The translations under genes were made by a program, and so were the position numbers. 51,841 nt of DNA from a virus (lineage: Duplodnaviria > Caudoviricetes), in the IMG/VR virus record IMGVR_UViG_3300025875_000038, positions 1-51,841 of that record. One strand, written 5' to 3'. The notes beneath the pieces are model-generated. The model saw only the letters and a list, made by a program, of their open reading frames with translations. It was not told the DNA's origin and made no database searches. This document shows, one piece after another, positions 36,588 through 45,595 of this stretch; the stretch's first letter is position 1, and the number at the start of each line of letters is the position of its first letter.

Positions 36588-39500
36588 TCACGCTTCGATC
36601 CAGCATTCGGCGCAGTTCGCCGGGATCGACACACTCAGCGAGGCTCCGGTGCGCGTACCGGCAATGGGCGCACCTCGTAGGCCCGCGCTGTACCGCTTGC
36701 CGCTGTAGGTGCCCGATGATGGCAACCCGATACTGACGGAACGGGTGACCGTGGAGAGGTTCACGATGAATATCCGGAACTTACCCGCAACCTTCGCCCC
36801 AACACAGCCCAGACCCGCAGGACCGCCTGTCAGCGAGACTTTATGGATCACCGCGCCAGCAGGAAGGTTGCCGCAGAGAAACTTCGCGGCATTGTAGTTC
36901 GGTGCGATAAAGTCGAACTCGCCATAACCGATGGTCGGATCGACATCCCCCGTGGAGCCTGGTGCGATCCCGTAAGGCTCGGGCAGTCGCGCTTTGGTCA
37001 AGGCATAGCCGAGCGTTGATGACGCAGAGCCGTTTTGACCTAACGGCTTCACCATGTGGATGATCGGCATTACAGCAGGCGAGCCAAGGAGGTTCAGTTC
37101 GTGAACCATCTTCAGTGCAGTGCGAGCGAACCTCTGGGCATCCGTGTAATTGCCGGGAGTGAAATACTCGAACTCGCTGATGATCGTAGGCCTGCCGCGA
37201 GCGAGCGTTGCCAGCGAGGCCGCATTTGTCTTGATGTAATCTGGGTCAGCCGAGATCGCGCTGATCTGGTGGATCGACTGAGCCCACAATTCCTGCAAGG
37301 CAGTCTTGCCGGTCGATAGCGCTGTTGCGCTATCCCAGAGGGCTGCTGTCGCCGCCAAGCCGTTCCAACTCTCGGCATGAATAAGGACCGAGTTCGGATT
37401 CCCCCCGTAGGTTGCAAGAACACTGCTTGCACGGATCTTCGGGACTACCGACTTCCAGACATCCATGTATTCCGTGGCGGAATATATACACGTGCCGTAG
37501 TTCTCTTCGATCGTGCTGATGGCTTCATTCTGAAGCGCAAAACCACGTACCGGCCCGACGTTGGCGTGCAGGTATTCAAGATCATTCACGACCGCTGTGG
37601 TGAAGGCCTCGATCTGTGCGGCATAAGCTGTCGGCGCACTTGTTCGGATGCTATCCAGCGATGTTGCCCGCGAATAGCCCGTACCTGCCCAGAGCCGCCC
37701 GTTGGCATAGGCGCTGGTAGTCTTCCAGTGAGGGGCGGGGCTCCAGTATTCAGCGAGTAATCCACCACCGCCAGGCACTACGTTAGCAAGCAGATCGGCA
37801 ACCGACTGGTTCTGTCCGGCGTAGCGTTCACCAATGTTGCGCGCGAGGCCACTGGTTCCGTCGATATTGCGCAGCCCCCGATAGGCGAAGCCAAGAGGGA
37901 ACCGGATATAGCGGTGCATCGTCCCGTCGCCCGGGAACATGGCATCGCGCATTCGGGTCTTTTCTGCTGCTGTGAGCGAATAAGGCAGGCCCCAAAGATC
38001 CGTAGTGCTATCAGTAGCCGGAACAGCTGTCGCACCCTGAGCGCCTCCGTTGAAGCTATCGACCTGGACTTCGGTGAAGCCGCCCAAATACGTTTGTGCC
38101 GCGGTGGCGGACATCGGCATTTCTATGGTCGAAGTCGTGCCGGCCGGCACCATCGGCGGCGCGCTCTTGTACGGGTGCGCCGGATGCAGAATGCCATCGT
38201 CGCCTTCCAACCCAGTGGACCATGCCAGGTATCCCTCAAGCCGTTGTTTGTTAGCGAGCGTCATAGCGTGCGGAACCACGGCGAAGGCGAATACATCGAT
38301 GATGCCGTTATTGATTTGGCCATTCGATGATCCAAGGAACCATCTCGCGCCGGATGGAAAAGCCGCGCCAGCCTGAGTGCTGCCCCCGCTGTCCAAGCCG
38401 CGAATATTGGTGTTCGTCGCCGACGCCGAACGCACCTGCGTAATCGTACGCAAACGATCCGCAGTGCTGACTTCGATGCCAGGCGCCTGGAAGGCGCGCA
38501 AGCTGCCTGCCTCGGACGATGATGATTGAATGATGTTGTTGCTCTGAACGCCGACCGATGGCGTGTTATTCGCCAAGATGAACCGGCTTGATGTGCCGGG
38601 ATCACGCATGCGGGCAAGAACGACAAGTGACCATTCGGTCATTGCAGGGAATGTCGCCGAAGCCATCCCCATGGTGCCATCGAATACAAGTGGGCGCGTT
38701 CCGTTGCGGCTCGACGGCGACGGGGTGCCGAGGACAGGCGGAATACCATTGTTGGGGAATGTCGGGGTGGTCGCGTGCACAAGATGTCGGTTGCCGCCCG
38801 ACTGGTCCCGCCACGTAGCGACGGCCTGACCCTCAGTCGCCACAGCCCCCGAAGCATTGAGCATGGATGCGCCTTGGTTTGCCTCAAACAGCCCATTCAC
38901 TGAAATCATAGACGGCGTCCAAGCAATTTGCTCCAGAACATCCGTCACCCTCACCGCGACCTTGTGGGTAGCTGTTGCAACCCCGTCAGTCGCGGAAAGA
39001 ATTACCTCGTAAGTGTCCCTAGAATCCACCCCCTCGAAATCAGGGGCCGTGATAAAGCTTAGCGCGCCGCTAGTTTTTTCTATGGTGAACAGGGCGGCAT
39101 CCATGCCGCCCGATATGCCATAAGATATGTTGCTCATTTCCGCGTCAATCGCGGTTGCAATATAACCCGTGCTGGTGCTGCCCTCGGGGACACTCACGGT
39201 CGTCCCGGAGGTAAATACCGGCGCAGAGTTTATTGGACCCGGAGGCGTGACCGCAGCGCCATAATTACCTGTCGTCCCGCGAACGGTAGCAGAGCCTGCC
39301 GACATAGAGGCGGTTTCGCCCGGCGGCAGCACAATGCGACGATCTTCCAGCGCGCCCATCGGGAAGGGAAAGCCTGATTCCGAATATCCGCCCACATAGA
39401 GCAGCCCAGAGCCTTCCTGCACACTGATCAGTGTGTAGTCCGTCTGCGTGCCATCAAGGATTTGCTGGGGCGATGAACCCGCTTTGATCGTGAATTTCAT
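36588..39500 (-). CDS. 970-aa putative virion appendage (shared N-domain, cadherin-like, LamG-like, GH30-like glycoside hydrolase)
   Basis: NSAPVFTS..VPEG...DFE...ATDG; WRDQSG...EGYLAW...HPYK; WSPAPHWK, LQNEA, IISEF, IVN. Confidence 0.78.
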   Translation of the reverse strand: MKFTIKAGSSPQQILDGTQTDYTLISVQEGSGLLYVGGYSESGFPFPMGALEDRRIVLPPGETASMSAGSATVRGTTGNYGAAVTPPGPINSAPVFTSGTTVSVPEGSTSTGYIATAIDAEMSNISYGISGGMDAALFTIEKTSGALSFITAPDFEGVDSRDTYEVILSATDGVATATHKVAVRVTDVLEQIAWTPSMISVNGLFEANQGASMLNASGAVATEGQAVATWRDQSGGNRHLVHATTPTFPNNGIPPVLGTPSPSSRNGTRPLVFDGTMGMASATFPAMTEWSLVVLARMRDPGTSSRFILANNTPSVGVQSNNIIQSSSSEAGSLRAFQAPGIEVSTADRLRTITQVRSASATNTNIRGLDSGGSTQAGAAFPSGARWFLGSSNGQINNGIIDVFAFAVVPHAMTLANKQRLEGYLAWSTGLEGDDGILHPAHPYKSAPPMVPAGTTSTIEMPMSATAAQTYLGGFTEVQVDSFNGGAQGATAVPATDSTTDLWGLPYSLTAAEKTRMRDAMFPGDGTMHRYIRFPLGFAYRGLRNIDGTSGLARNIGERYAGQNQSVADLLANVVPGGGGLLAEYWSPAPHWKTTSAYANGRLWAGTGYSRATSLDSIRTSAPTAYAAQIEAFTTAVVNDLEYLHANVGPVRGFALQNEAISTIEENYGTCIYSATEYMDVWKSVVPKIRASSVLATYGGNPNSVLIHAESWNGLAATAALWDSATALSTGKTALQELWAQSIHQISAISADPDYIKTNAASLATLARGRPTIISEFEYFTPGNYTDAQRFARTALKMVHELNLLGSPAVMPIIHMVKPLGQNGSASSTLGYALTKARLPEPYGIAPGSTGDVDPTIGYGEFDFIAPNYNAAKFLCGNLPAGAVIHKVSLTGGPAGLGCVGAKVAGKFRIFIVNLSTVTRSVSIGLPSSGTYSGKRYSAGLRGAPIAGTRTGASLSVSIPANCAECWIEA

Positions 39501-39507
39501 ATTGTTT

Positions 39508-39999
39508 CTAGCCCACCGCCCTAAGAAAAACACCGCCCGCATTGCCACAGACAAAAACGCGCATAGCGCCATCAATCTCGCCGTCAATGAACGCCACACT
39601 GCCACTACCCGCCGAAGCGCCGCCGTCATTGTGATATGCCACCTCGATAACATCGACCTTCTCGCGCGCGACACGCTGCCCGCTGGTGGCGCTAACCGCC
39701 AGAATGCCGGGGTTCATGCCCTCCAGCAGCGCCGCGCGATAGGATGCATATTCCACCGACACGGGCACCAGATCGGACGGCACGGCCCTGGTGCAAGCGA
39801 TGCGTGCCCCCGTGCGGGGCCATGCGTCCGCCTGCGCAGCCCCGTCAGTGCGATGTCCGGTCCAGATGCCCTCATAGGTGCCGTCTAAGTAGGCAGAGCC
39901 CCGTGTGCGCAGGACAGCCAAGCTAGGCGCGCCTTCCGGCAGCGCATAGCCATGGCTGTCGAGCCAAGTCTGGAAGCCGATGTCGGAGCCGTAGGCCAC
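39508..39999 (-). CDS. Head-tail adaptor (DnaT-like family)
   Basis: RGSAYLD..Y...G.R...Q..AWPR...REKVDVIEVAY. Confidence 0.78.
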   Translation of the reverse strand: MAYGSDIGFQTWLDSHGYALPEGAPSLAVLRTRGSAYLDGTYEGIWTGHRTDGAAQADAWPRTGARIACTRAVPSDLVPVSVEYASYRAALLEGMNPGILAVSATSGQRVAREKVDVIEVAYHNDGGASAGSGSVAFIDGEIDGAMRVFVCGNAGGVFLRAVG

Positions 40000-40479
40000 T
40001 TACTCGGCCTGTTCTGCCTTGGCCGCATCGATCTTCTCGCGCAGGGTCTCTTCCTTCCAGCGCTTGTCAGCGTGGCCACCCGTCAGTTCGGCATATTCTG
40101 CGCGGAGCTGGTCCACGACTTCGCCTTCTGCATCAGGGCCATTCGGGGCCTCGTCCTCCGCAGGTTGATCCTCGCCTTCGGTACTGATCGATGCGGCTAG
40201 AGCATCCCGCTCCCGAATAGCATCGTCGCGCTCGCGGATCGCAGTATCGCGCGCATCAACTGCCGCGTCCAACTGCTCCCGTAGCTGGGCCATCTGGAGG
40301 GTGGGCGCGCCATCCTCGTTGGTGACGGGCACTGAGCCATCTTCGGCCTCGGGCCTATCGACCTCATACTTACCCTTCCATCCTGCGGGCGGTTGCCCTT
40401 TGAGCATGATGGTCTGCCCGACAAGATCTTCACCATTCTTGCCGTAGATGCTGCGGGGGGACGTGACACGGATTTTCAT
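40000..40479 (-). CDS. Head-associated hypothetical protein with a C-terminal HeH-like motif
   Basis: LRAEYAELTG..ADKRWKEETLREKI; next same-strand gene after the capsid gene. Confidence 0.65.
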   Translation of the reverse strand: MKIRVTSPRSIYGKNGEDLVGQTIMLKGQPPAGWKGKYEVDRPEAEDGSVPVTNEDGAPTLQMAQLREQLDAAVDARDTAIRERDDAIRERDALAASISTEGEDQPAEDEAPNGPDAEGEVVDQLRAEYAELTGGHADKRWKEETLREKIDAAKAEQAE

Positions 40480-40556
40480 GGAAGGAACCTCGCCAGTTGA
40501 GCGTTGCCGCACCATAGCATGAGGCGGCCCGCCAATAAAGCTTTGCCGTTTTCCTA

Positions 40557-40580
40557 TTGCGCGGCACATATTAGTGTGGC
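40557..40580 (+). promoter_or_regulatory. Operator-like palindrome plus -35 driving the inverted methyltransferase cassette
   Basis: TTGCGC-gg-CACA-tattag-TGTGGC. Confidence 0.65.
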
Positions 40581-40622
40581 ACCTAGGGGCAGGAGCTTAT
40601 TCCGCAGAGAGAAACGAATGAG

Positions 40623-40946
40623 ATGGAAAATGCGAAGCACACGCCGGGGCCTTGGGCTGTTCGTAACGGGTGCAATGTATTCGCGGACGGGGATCATGTT
40701 CCGCTTACCAACATGGCCTATATCGCTGTCACAGGCGGATTGTCGGGAGCCGACACCATTGATCGGGATGCTGCCAACGCCCGCCTAATCGCCGCCGCGC
40801 CTGATTTGCTGGACGTAGCCATTCAGTGCCGGGCCGTGCTGGTGACGGCGCTTGCTGAAACCTCGGATGACACGGCGAGGCGGGTTATTCAGGCGAAAAT
40901 AGCGCTCGCCAGCGCAGCTATTGCAAAAGCGCGAGGTGCAGCATGA
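40623..40946 (+). CDS. HTPGPW...NARLIAAAPDLL family protein
   Basis: Paralogue of 921..1250. Confidence 0.78.
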   Translation: MENAKHTPGPWAVRNGCNVFADGDHVPLTNMAYIAVTGGLSGADTIDRDAANARLIAAAPDLLDVAIQCRAVLVTALAETSDDTARRVIQAKIALASAAIAKARGAA

Positions 40947-41071
40947 TCCGCGCCAAGGTCCGCACCTATTATGGTCTATTCGGCCCCTATCTGCGTGTAA
41001 AGGCTGGAAGCTTGGTCCGTTTGTCATTTGGCGGAGGACGCTGCGATGAGTGGGCCTATGCCACACGCTGA
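40943..41071 (+). CDS. Small hypothetical protein (42 aa)
   Basis: ATGA coupling; RBS gaggt. Confidence 0.4.
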   Translation: MIRAKVRTYYGLFGPYLRVKAGSLVRLSFGGGRCDEWAYATR

Positions 41072-41207
41072 GATGCGCGAGCGCTGGAAGGCTGGCGAAA
41101 CGCTACAGGACATCGCAGAGAAGGCGCGGCGCAGGAATGGTATGGGCCGCGCAGCCGTTCGGGAAGTGCTTTTTCAGGAGAGGGCGGCTTGTCCATGCGA
41201 TATCTGA
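41046..41207 (+). CDS. Small HTH-like protein (53 aa)
   Basis: MRERWKAGETLQDIA...GMGRAAV; RBS ggagg. Confidence 0.5.
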   Translation: MSGPMPHAEMRERWKAGETLQDIAEKARRRNGMGRAAVREVLFQERAACPCDI

Positions 41208-42343
41208 GCGTCTGTTCTGGCATTGAGGCCGCTACCGTCGCATGGCATCCGATCGGATGGACGCCCGCCGCCTTCAGCGAAATCGAGAAGTTCCCGCGCG
41301 CCGTGCTGGCGCATCATTATCCGGAGGTGCCGCTGCATGGCGATTTCACGACAATCCAAGGCGACGAATACGGACCAATTGACCTTCTTGTCGGAGGCAC
41401 CCCTTGCCAGTCATTCAGCATCGCCGGACTCCGAGGAGGATTGGGCGATGATCGTGGCAACCTCGCCCTTGAATTTCTCCGCCTTGCTAATCGAGCACGC
41501 CCCCGCTGGTTGGTTTGGGAGAATGTCCCCGGTGTCTTGTCATCAAACGGAGGAAGGGATTTTGGCTCCATCCTCGGGGGCATGGTTGAACTCGGGTATG
41601 GGTTCGCCTACCGAGTGCTTGACGCTCAATTTTTCGGAGTTCCACAGCGCCGCCGCCGCGTGTTCGCTGTCGGACATCTTGGAAGCTGGACCCGTGCCGC
41701 AGCGGTTCTTTTTGAGCGCCACAGCCTGCAAGGGCATCCTGCGCCGCGCCGCGAAACGGGGGCGCCTGTTGCCGCCCTCGCTGCAAACGGCGTTGGAACA
41801 TGCGGCGCGGACGATAACCAGGGGCAAGCCGGGCACCTGATCCCGTCCACGGGCGACACTTCCCACTGCCTCAACGCTGGTGGAATGGGACGTCAGGATT
41901 ACGAAACCGAGAACGCCGCAGCCGGCCCCGATGGAAAGGGCTGGCGCGACGACGGCATGGCCTACACGTTGGAGGCCCGCGCGGTGCCGCAGGCGGTGGC
42001 TTTCTCCATCATGCCGATGAACAGCGGCAAGGACTACAAGGCCCGCGAGACTGACGTTGCCCAACCCATCATGGCTGGCGGTCCGGTCGGCGGCAATCAG
42101 GGCGGTGACTTCATCTGTCAGTCCGCAGTTCGCCGCCTCACCCCCCGCGAGTGCGAGCGCCTGCAAGGCTTCCCCGACGATTACACCGCGATCCCGTGGC
42201 GCGGGAAGCCCGCCGACGAGTGCCCCGATGGGCCGCGCTACAAGGCGCTCGGGAACAGCTTTGCCGTCCCCGTTGTCCGTTGGCTGGGCCAAAGAATCCA
42301 GATGGTGGAGGATGCATGTTCGTCTGCAAATCTTGCAGCGTGA
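41195..42343 (+). CDS. C5-cytosine DNA methyltransferase
   Basis: SVCSGIEA, GGTPCQSFS, WENVPG, QRRRRVF, RRLTPRECERLQGFP, YKALGNS. Confidence 0.93.
   Translation: MRYLSVCSGIEAATVAWHPIGWTPAAFSEIEKFPRAVLAHHYPEVPLHGDFTTIQGDEYGPIDLLVGGTPCQSFSIAGLRGGLGDDRGNLALEFLRLANRARPRWLVWENVPGVLSSNGGRDFGSILGGMVELGYGFAYRVLDAQFFGVPQRRRRVFAVGHLGSWTRAAAVLFERHSLQGHPAPRRETGAPVAALAANGVGTCGADDNQGQAGHLIPSTGDTSHCLNAGGMGRQDYETENAAAGPDGKGWRDDGMAYTLEARAVPQAVAFSIMPMNSGKDYKARETDVAQPIMAGGPVGGNQGGDFICQSAVRRLTPRECERLQGFPDDYTAIPWRGKPADECPDGPRYKALGNSFAVPVVRWLGQRIQMVEDACSSANLAA
41337..41840 (+). CDS. Nested +1-frame protein inside the C5 methyltransferase gene (167 aa)
   Basis: Own RBS ggaggt before ATG 41337; SLSDILE..PVPQRFFLSATACKGILRRAAKRG. 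Confidence 0.6.
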   Translation: MAISRQSKATNTDQLTFLSEAPLASHSASPDSEEDWAMIVATSPLNFSALLIEHAPAGWFGRMSPVSCHQTEEGILAPSSGAWLNSGMGSPTECLTLNFSEFHSAAAACSLSDILEAGPVPQRFFLSATACKGILRRAAKRGRLLPPSLQTALEHAARTITRGKPGT

Positions 42344-42897
42344 CGCTTTCTGCGTCCGAATACCGGGTCCACAAGCGGGGCTACCGCATCGGCAAATGCC
42401 GTGAGTGCGAGCGGGTGTATCAGCGCGAGTGGTCACAGCGCGACCCCGAGACTTACCGCCGGCGGAAGCGTGAAAGCATGGCGAAGCGGCGAGCAGCCGA
42501 TCCTGATGCTGCACGCGACTATCAGAGGCGCGACTATTGGGAAAACCGAAGCGCGCGGCTCGCCACGATGAAGGAATACCAGCGGCGTCGGTTCTTCTGG
42601 ATGCGCGCAGGGAAACTCAAGAGCGATGTTTCCGCTGCTGACCTTGCTCGCCTCTGGAAGCGGCAGCGCGGCCGATGTGCCCTTACTGGCCGCCGACTTA
42701 CCCGCGAGAACGCGCAACTGGACCACATCACTGCAAAGGCCCGTGGCGGTTCCGACGAGATCGACAACCTTCGCTGGCTCTGCACCGAAGCGAACCTAGC
42801 CCTGCGCGAACTGAGTGATGCCGAGTTCGTCGCCCTTTGCTCTGACGTCATGCGCTGGATCGGGGAGCGGATTGCGATGGTGGATGCGCTCAAATGA
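42316..42897 (+). CDS. HNH endonuclease with N-terminal CxxC pairs
   Basis: CKSC, CREC, RCALTG...LDHI..KARGG..EIDNLRWLC..AN. Confidence 0.82.
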   Translation: MFVCKSCSVTLSASEYRVHKRGYRIGKCRECERVYQREWSQRDPETYRRRKRESMAKRRAADPDAARDYQRRDYWENRSARLATMKEYQRRRFFWMRAGKLKSDVSAADLARLWKRQRGRCALTGRRLTRENAQLDHITAKARGGSDEIDNLRWLCTEANLALRELSDAEFVALCSDVMRWIGERIAMVDALK

Positions 42898-42923
42898 AAA
42901 GGGCGGCCCCGAAGGACCGCCCT
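42897..42923 (-). terminator. Rho-independent terminator after the capsid gene
   Basis: Minus strand agggcggtcc-ttcg-gggccgccct-ttt. Confidence 0.8.
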
Positions 42924-42947
42924 CTCATGCCTTGATGCGGGCCAGTA

Positions 42948-43985
42948 CTAGGCTTCGACCGAATAGAACACCCCGGATCGGCCATTGAAGTCGCCACGGA
43001 TTTCGATGCCCATGGCGTTCCATACCTCAAACTGGTAATTCGCGGTCGGGTAGTTGCGGGGCATGGCGAAGGTCGAGGTCGCCATCGCAACGAGCGGACG
43101 GATATATTCCGCGCTCGGCACAAAGCCGAAGAACTCATTTCCTTGCAGCTCAAAGCTGACCGCCACCTTGGCGATCCGGCGGTTGCCCAGGATGCGCGAG
43201 AGGATGGTGCCCTCCACGCCCTCTTCAGCCCGGCGATCCCAGTTGCGGGCGATATGGGGAGACACATAGAGGTTGACCGGAGCGGCAACCAAATTGTCAT
43301 CCATGATCGCACCGAATGCGCCCGTGAAGAATGCGTCAATCGTCGCAAACGGCACGGTTGGATCGGTAAGGTCGATATTCGCGCCAGCCGCACCCAAGTT
43401 GATGGACTTGGACAGCGGGGAGGTGCGGATGCCGTATGCGCTGTAACCGCCAATGTTGATCCGGGGATCACCATCAAGCACATAGAGTGAGTTGCGGCGG
43501 CGCACCTGCGCGACCGTCGCTTCCTGATCGTCTGCCAGCGCATCGAAATTCTCCGACTGGAGCGTGTTCCATTCCCTCCATTCGCGGCCATAGCCCTTCT
43601 GGAAGATCGGAACGGGCGTGCCGCGATAGTCATAGGTGGACTTATCGAGGGGCACCGGCACTTGGCCGGAAATCGACACAACCACTTGGTCGCTGATGTC
43701 CGAGGACACGCGAGACAGGTGGACCAGCTTCCCGATGTTCACCGGCTTGGCCAGCGGCATCAGATCGTTCATCCATACCGCGCCCTCATCCGTCCGCATG
43801 ACGCGGCGGGTGACGGTATCGAGGTCCATCCACGCATCGCGCGGGAGCACCGCCGCTGCGTTCTGCACCTCGGCCAGCTCATCTTCCTTGCGGTGGAAGT
43901 ATTCGCGCTCGGCGGTCAGTTCCTGCCACCAAGCGCCGTGCTGGCGAGGGTGAGCATTCACCAGTGCTTCGTCAAAATAACGCAT
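42948..43985 (-). CDS. Major capsid protein
   Basis: 345 aa, after scaffold and decoration genes, followed by a strong terminator. Confidence 0.8.
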   Translation of the reverse strand: MRYFDEALVNAHPRQHGAWWQELTAEREYFHRKEDELAEVQNAAAVLPRDAWMDLDTVTRRVMRTDEGAVWMNDLMPLAKPVNIGKLVHLSRVSSDISDQVVVSISGQVPVPLDKSTYDYRGTPVPIFQKGYGREWREWNTLQSENFDALADDQEATVAQVRRRNSLYVLDGDPRINIGGYSAYGIRTSPLSKSINLGAAGANIDLTDPTVPFATIDAFFTGAFGAIMDDNLVAAPVNLYVSPHIARNWDRRAEEGVEGTILSRILGNRRIAKVAVSFELQGNEFFGFVPSAEYIRPLVAMATSTFAMPRNYPTANYQFEVWNAMGIEIRGDFNGRSGVFYSVEA

Positions 43986-43999
43986 CGAAGTGGGCTCCC

Positions 44000-44449
44000 T
44001 TACGCCGGCAGGACGTGACCCTTGGCCGCGCGAACGCGAACAAGCTGGTCTTGCCCAGAGGTGTTATTGTAGGCTTCCTCGGCGTAGCCGATAACGAAAT
44101 CGCCTGCCGCCGCGACCGCCGCCTTGCCCGAAGCGCCCGTAGAAATCGGGGCATCAAGCGCGACATTCACGCCGCTCGGAAAGCGGAGGTAGAAGAACTG
44201 CTCATCAAGCATCTCCATGCCGATGGTAGTTTCATCGGGGCTGTAGGCGTCGTCCACGCCGCCGCCGATCAGATAGTTGTCCTGAGCGACGAACATCTTC
44301 CCCGTGGTCGTGTCCGTAGCAAGGGCGAAATTGCCGCCCGTGCGAACGATCAGGCAACCCGGCATGATCGCGGCAGCGGCAGGCGCTTCCTGAACTTGGG
44401 GCAGGTTTTCCGAAACGGGGCCGGCATAAATCTTGTTGTAGCGCGCCAT
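44000..44449 (-). CDS. Head decoration protein
   Basis: AAAAIMPG...YAEEA...LVRVR; between scaffold and capsid genes. Confidence 0.7.
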   Translation of the reverse strand: MARYNKIYAGPVSENLPQVQEAPAAAAIMPGCLIVRTGGNFALATDTTTGKMFVAQDNYLIGGGVDDAYSPDETTIGMEMLDEQFFYLRFPSGVNVALDAPISTGASGKAAVAAAGDFVIGYAEEAYNNTSGQDQLVRVRAAKGHVLPA

Positions 44450-44455
44450 GGTCGC

Positions 44456-45595
44456 TTACTCCGCTGCGGGCAGCTTGAAGCCGCCCTTGGTGGTGGCCGC
44501 CGCCTTGGCCTGACCGTTCACAGTGACGGCATGGCCGACAGGGGCCTTGATCTTCGCGGCCAGCGAGTTGAGGACGGCCAAAGAAGCTTCCTTGGCGGCC
44601 TCTTCGTCCAGAAGCCCGGCGTTCACCACCTTGGAAGCAACCGCATCGCGCTCGGCGGTTTCTTTGGCCTTGGCTGCTTCGGCATTCGCGGCCATCTGAT
44701 CCGTCAGCGGCTTGAGCGCGTTCGTGACAGCCCCGCCGATGGTGTCGGCCATGCCGCTAACGGCGGTGGCCAGCGAATCCATCTTGGCGTTGATCGCGTC
44801 CACTTGTTCTTGGTTCACGGAGAGGGGCTCCTTTGTTTCCGTTGCTGGAGCATCGAAGCCCCTCACAACATCCTTTATAGCCGTTTTGAGCTTTTCGAGC
44901 AAGGGAGCCCGATCCGGCTTCGTGACCCGCGTGACAATGTCGTCCGCGAGCCAACCAATCTGGTCATCGACGCTCTCATCCAGCGATGAATTGATAACCT
45001 CGATCTCCTCCTCAGAGCCGCTGGAATTGACGAAGATGCCGACGCCCTTTTCCGGAGTGGCCGCGCCCGCTTCGTCCAGAAGGATGGCGTCGTGGTCGAA
45101 CACCAGATCGCGCGCGACGTGCTTGTGCGCCAAGCCCTCGCCATTAACCGCCTCCATCTTGGCCAGCAGTCCGGTCGAAGTATGCACCGGAGCCTGCCCC
45201 TCCAGCGCATTGAGCACGCGCTTGCCGCCCTCGCTGCGGTTGGCCACCTCGACATCAATCACCTTGTCCAGCAGCACGCGGCCATTCTCGCGGCGCACGT
45301 TCTCATTCCATGCGCCGATCCAGCCCACGTTGATGCCCTCAGGATCGCTGGCGGAAACGAACCGCCCGTTGACCATGGGATGCCCAAGCGGGGCGGGTGT
45401 TCGCTCCAGATGCCGGAAGCTCTTCTCGATTTCCTCGGCAGGATAGAGCACTGGGCCTGCGCTACCGTTCATCACGATATCGTCTGGCATCGTGGCGCTT
45501 GGCACAATCATCACGTCGCGACCGTGGCGCTTCTCGCGCCGGATCTTCGACTTGTTGACCACTGTGGTGACGTTAATGCGAACCTGCTTGTTCAT
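44456..45595 (-). CDS. Prohead protease/scaffold (DUF2213-like)
   Basis: PLGHP, TSTG, DHDAILLDE.GA plus an Ala-rich helical C-terminus. Confidence 0.8.
   Translation of the reverse strand: MNKQVRINVTTVVNKSKIRREKRHGRDVMIVPSATMPDDIVMNGSAGPVLYPAEEIEKSFRHLERTPAPLGHPMVNGRFVSASDPEGINVGWIGAWNENVRRENGRVLLDKVIDVEVANRSEGGKRVLNALEGQAPVHTSTGLLAKMEAVNGEGLAHKHVARDLVFDHDAILLDEAGAATPEKGVGIFVNSSGSEEEIEVINSSLDESVDDQIGWLADDIVTRVTKPDRAPLLEKLKTAIKDVVRGFDAPATETKEPLSVNQEQVDAINAKMDSLATAVSGMADTIGGAVTNALKPLTDQMAANAEAAKAKETAERDAVASKVVNAGLLDEEAAKEASLAVLNSLAAKIKAPVGHAVTVNGQAKAAATTKGGFKLPAAE

Noticed and set aside
43964-44989. 341-aa ORF in the track (MLRQNNASK...) over the decoration and scaffold genes
   Set aside because: Non-protein-like shadow frame of well-supported head genes, as with many other long overlapping ORFs in this GC-rich DNA.
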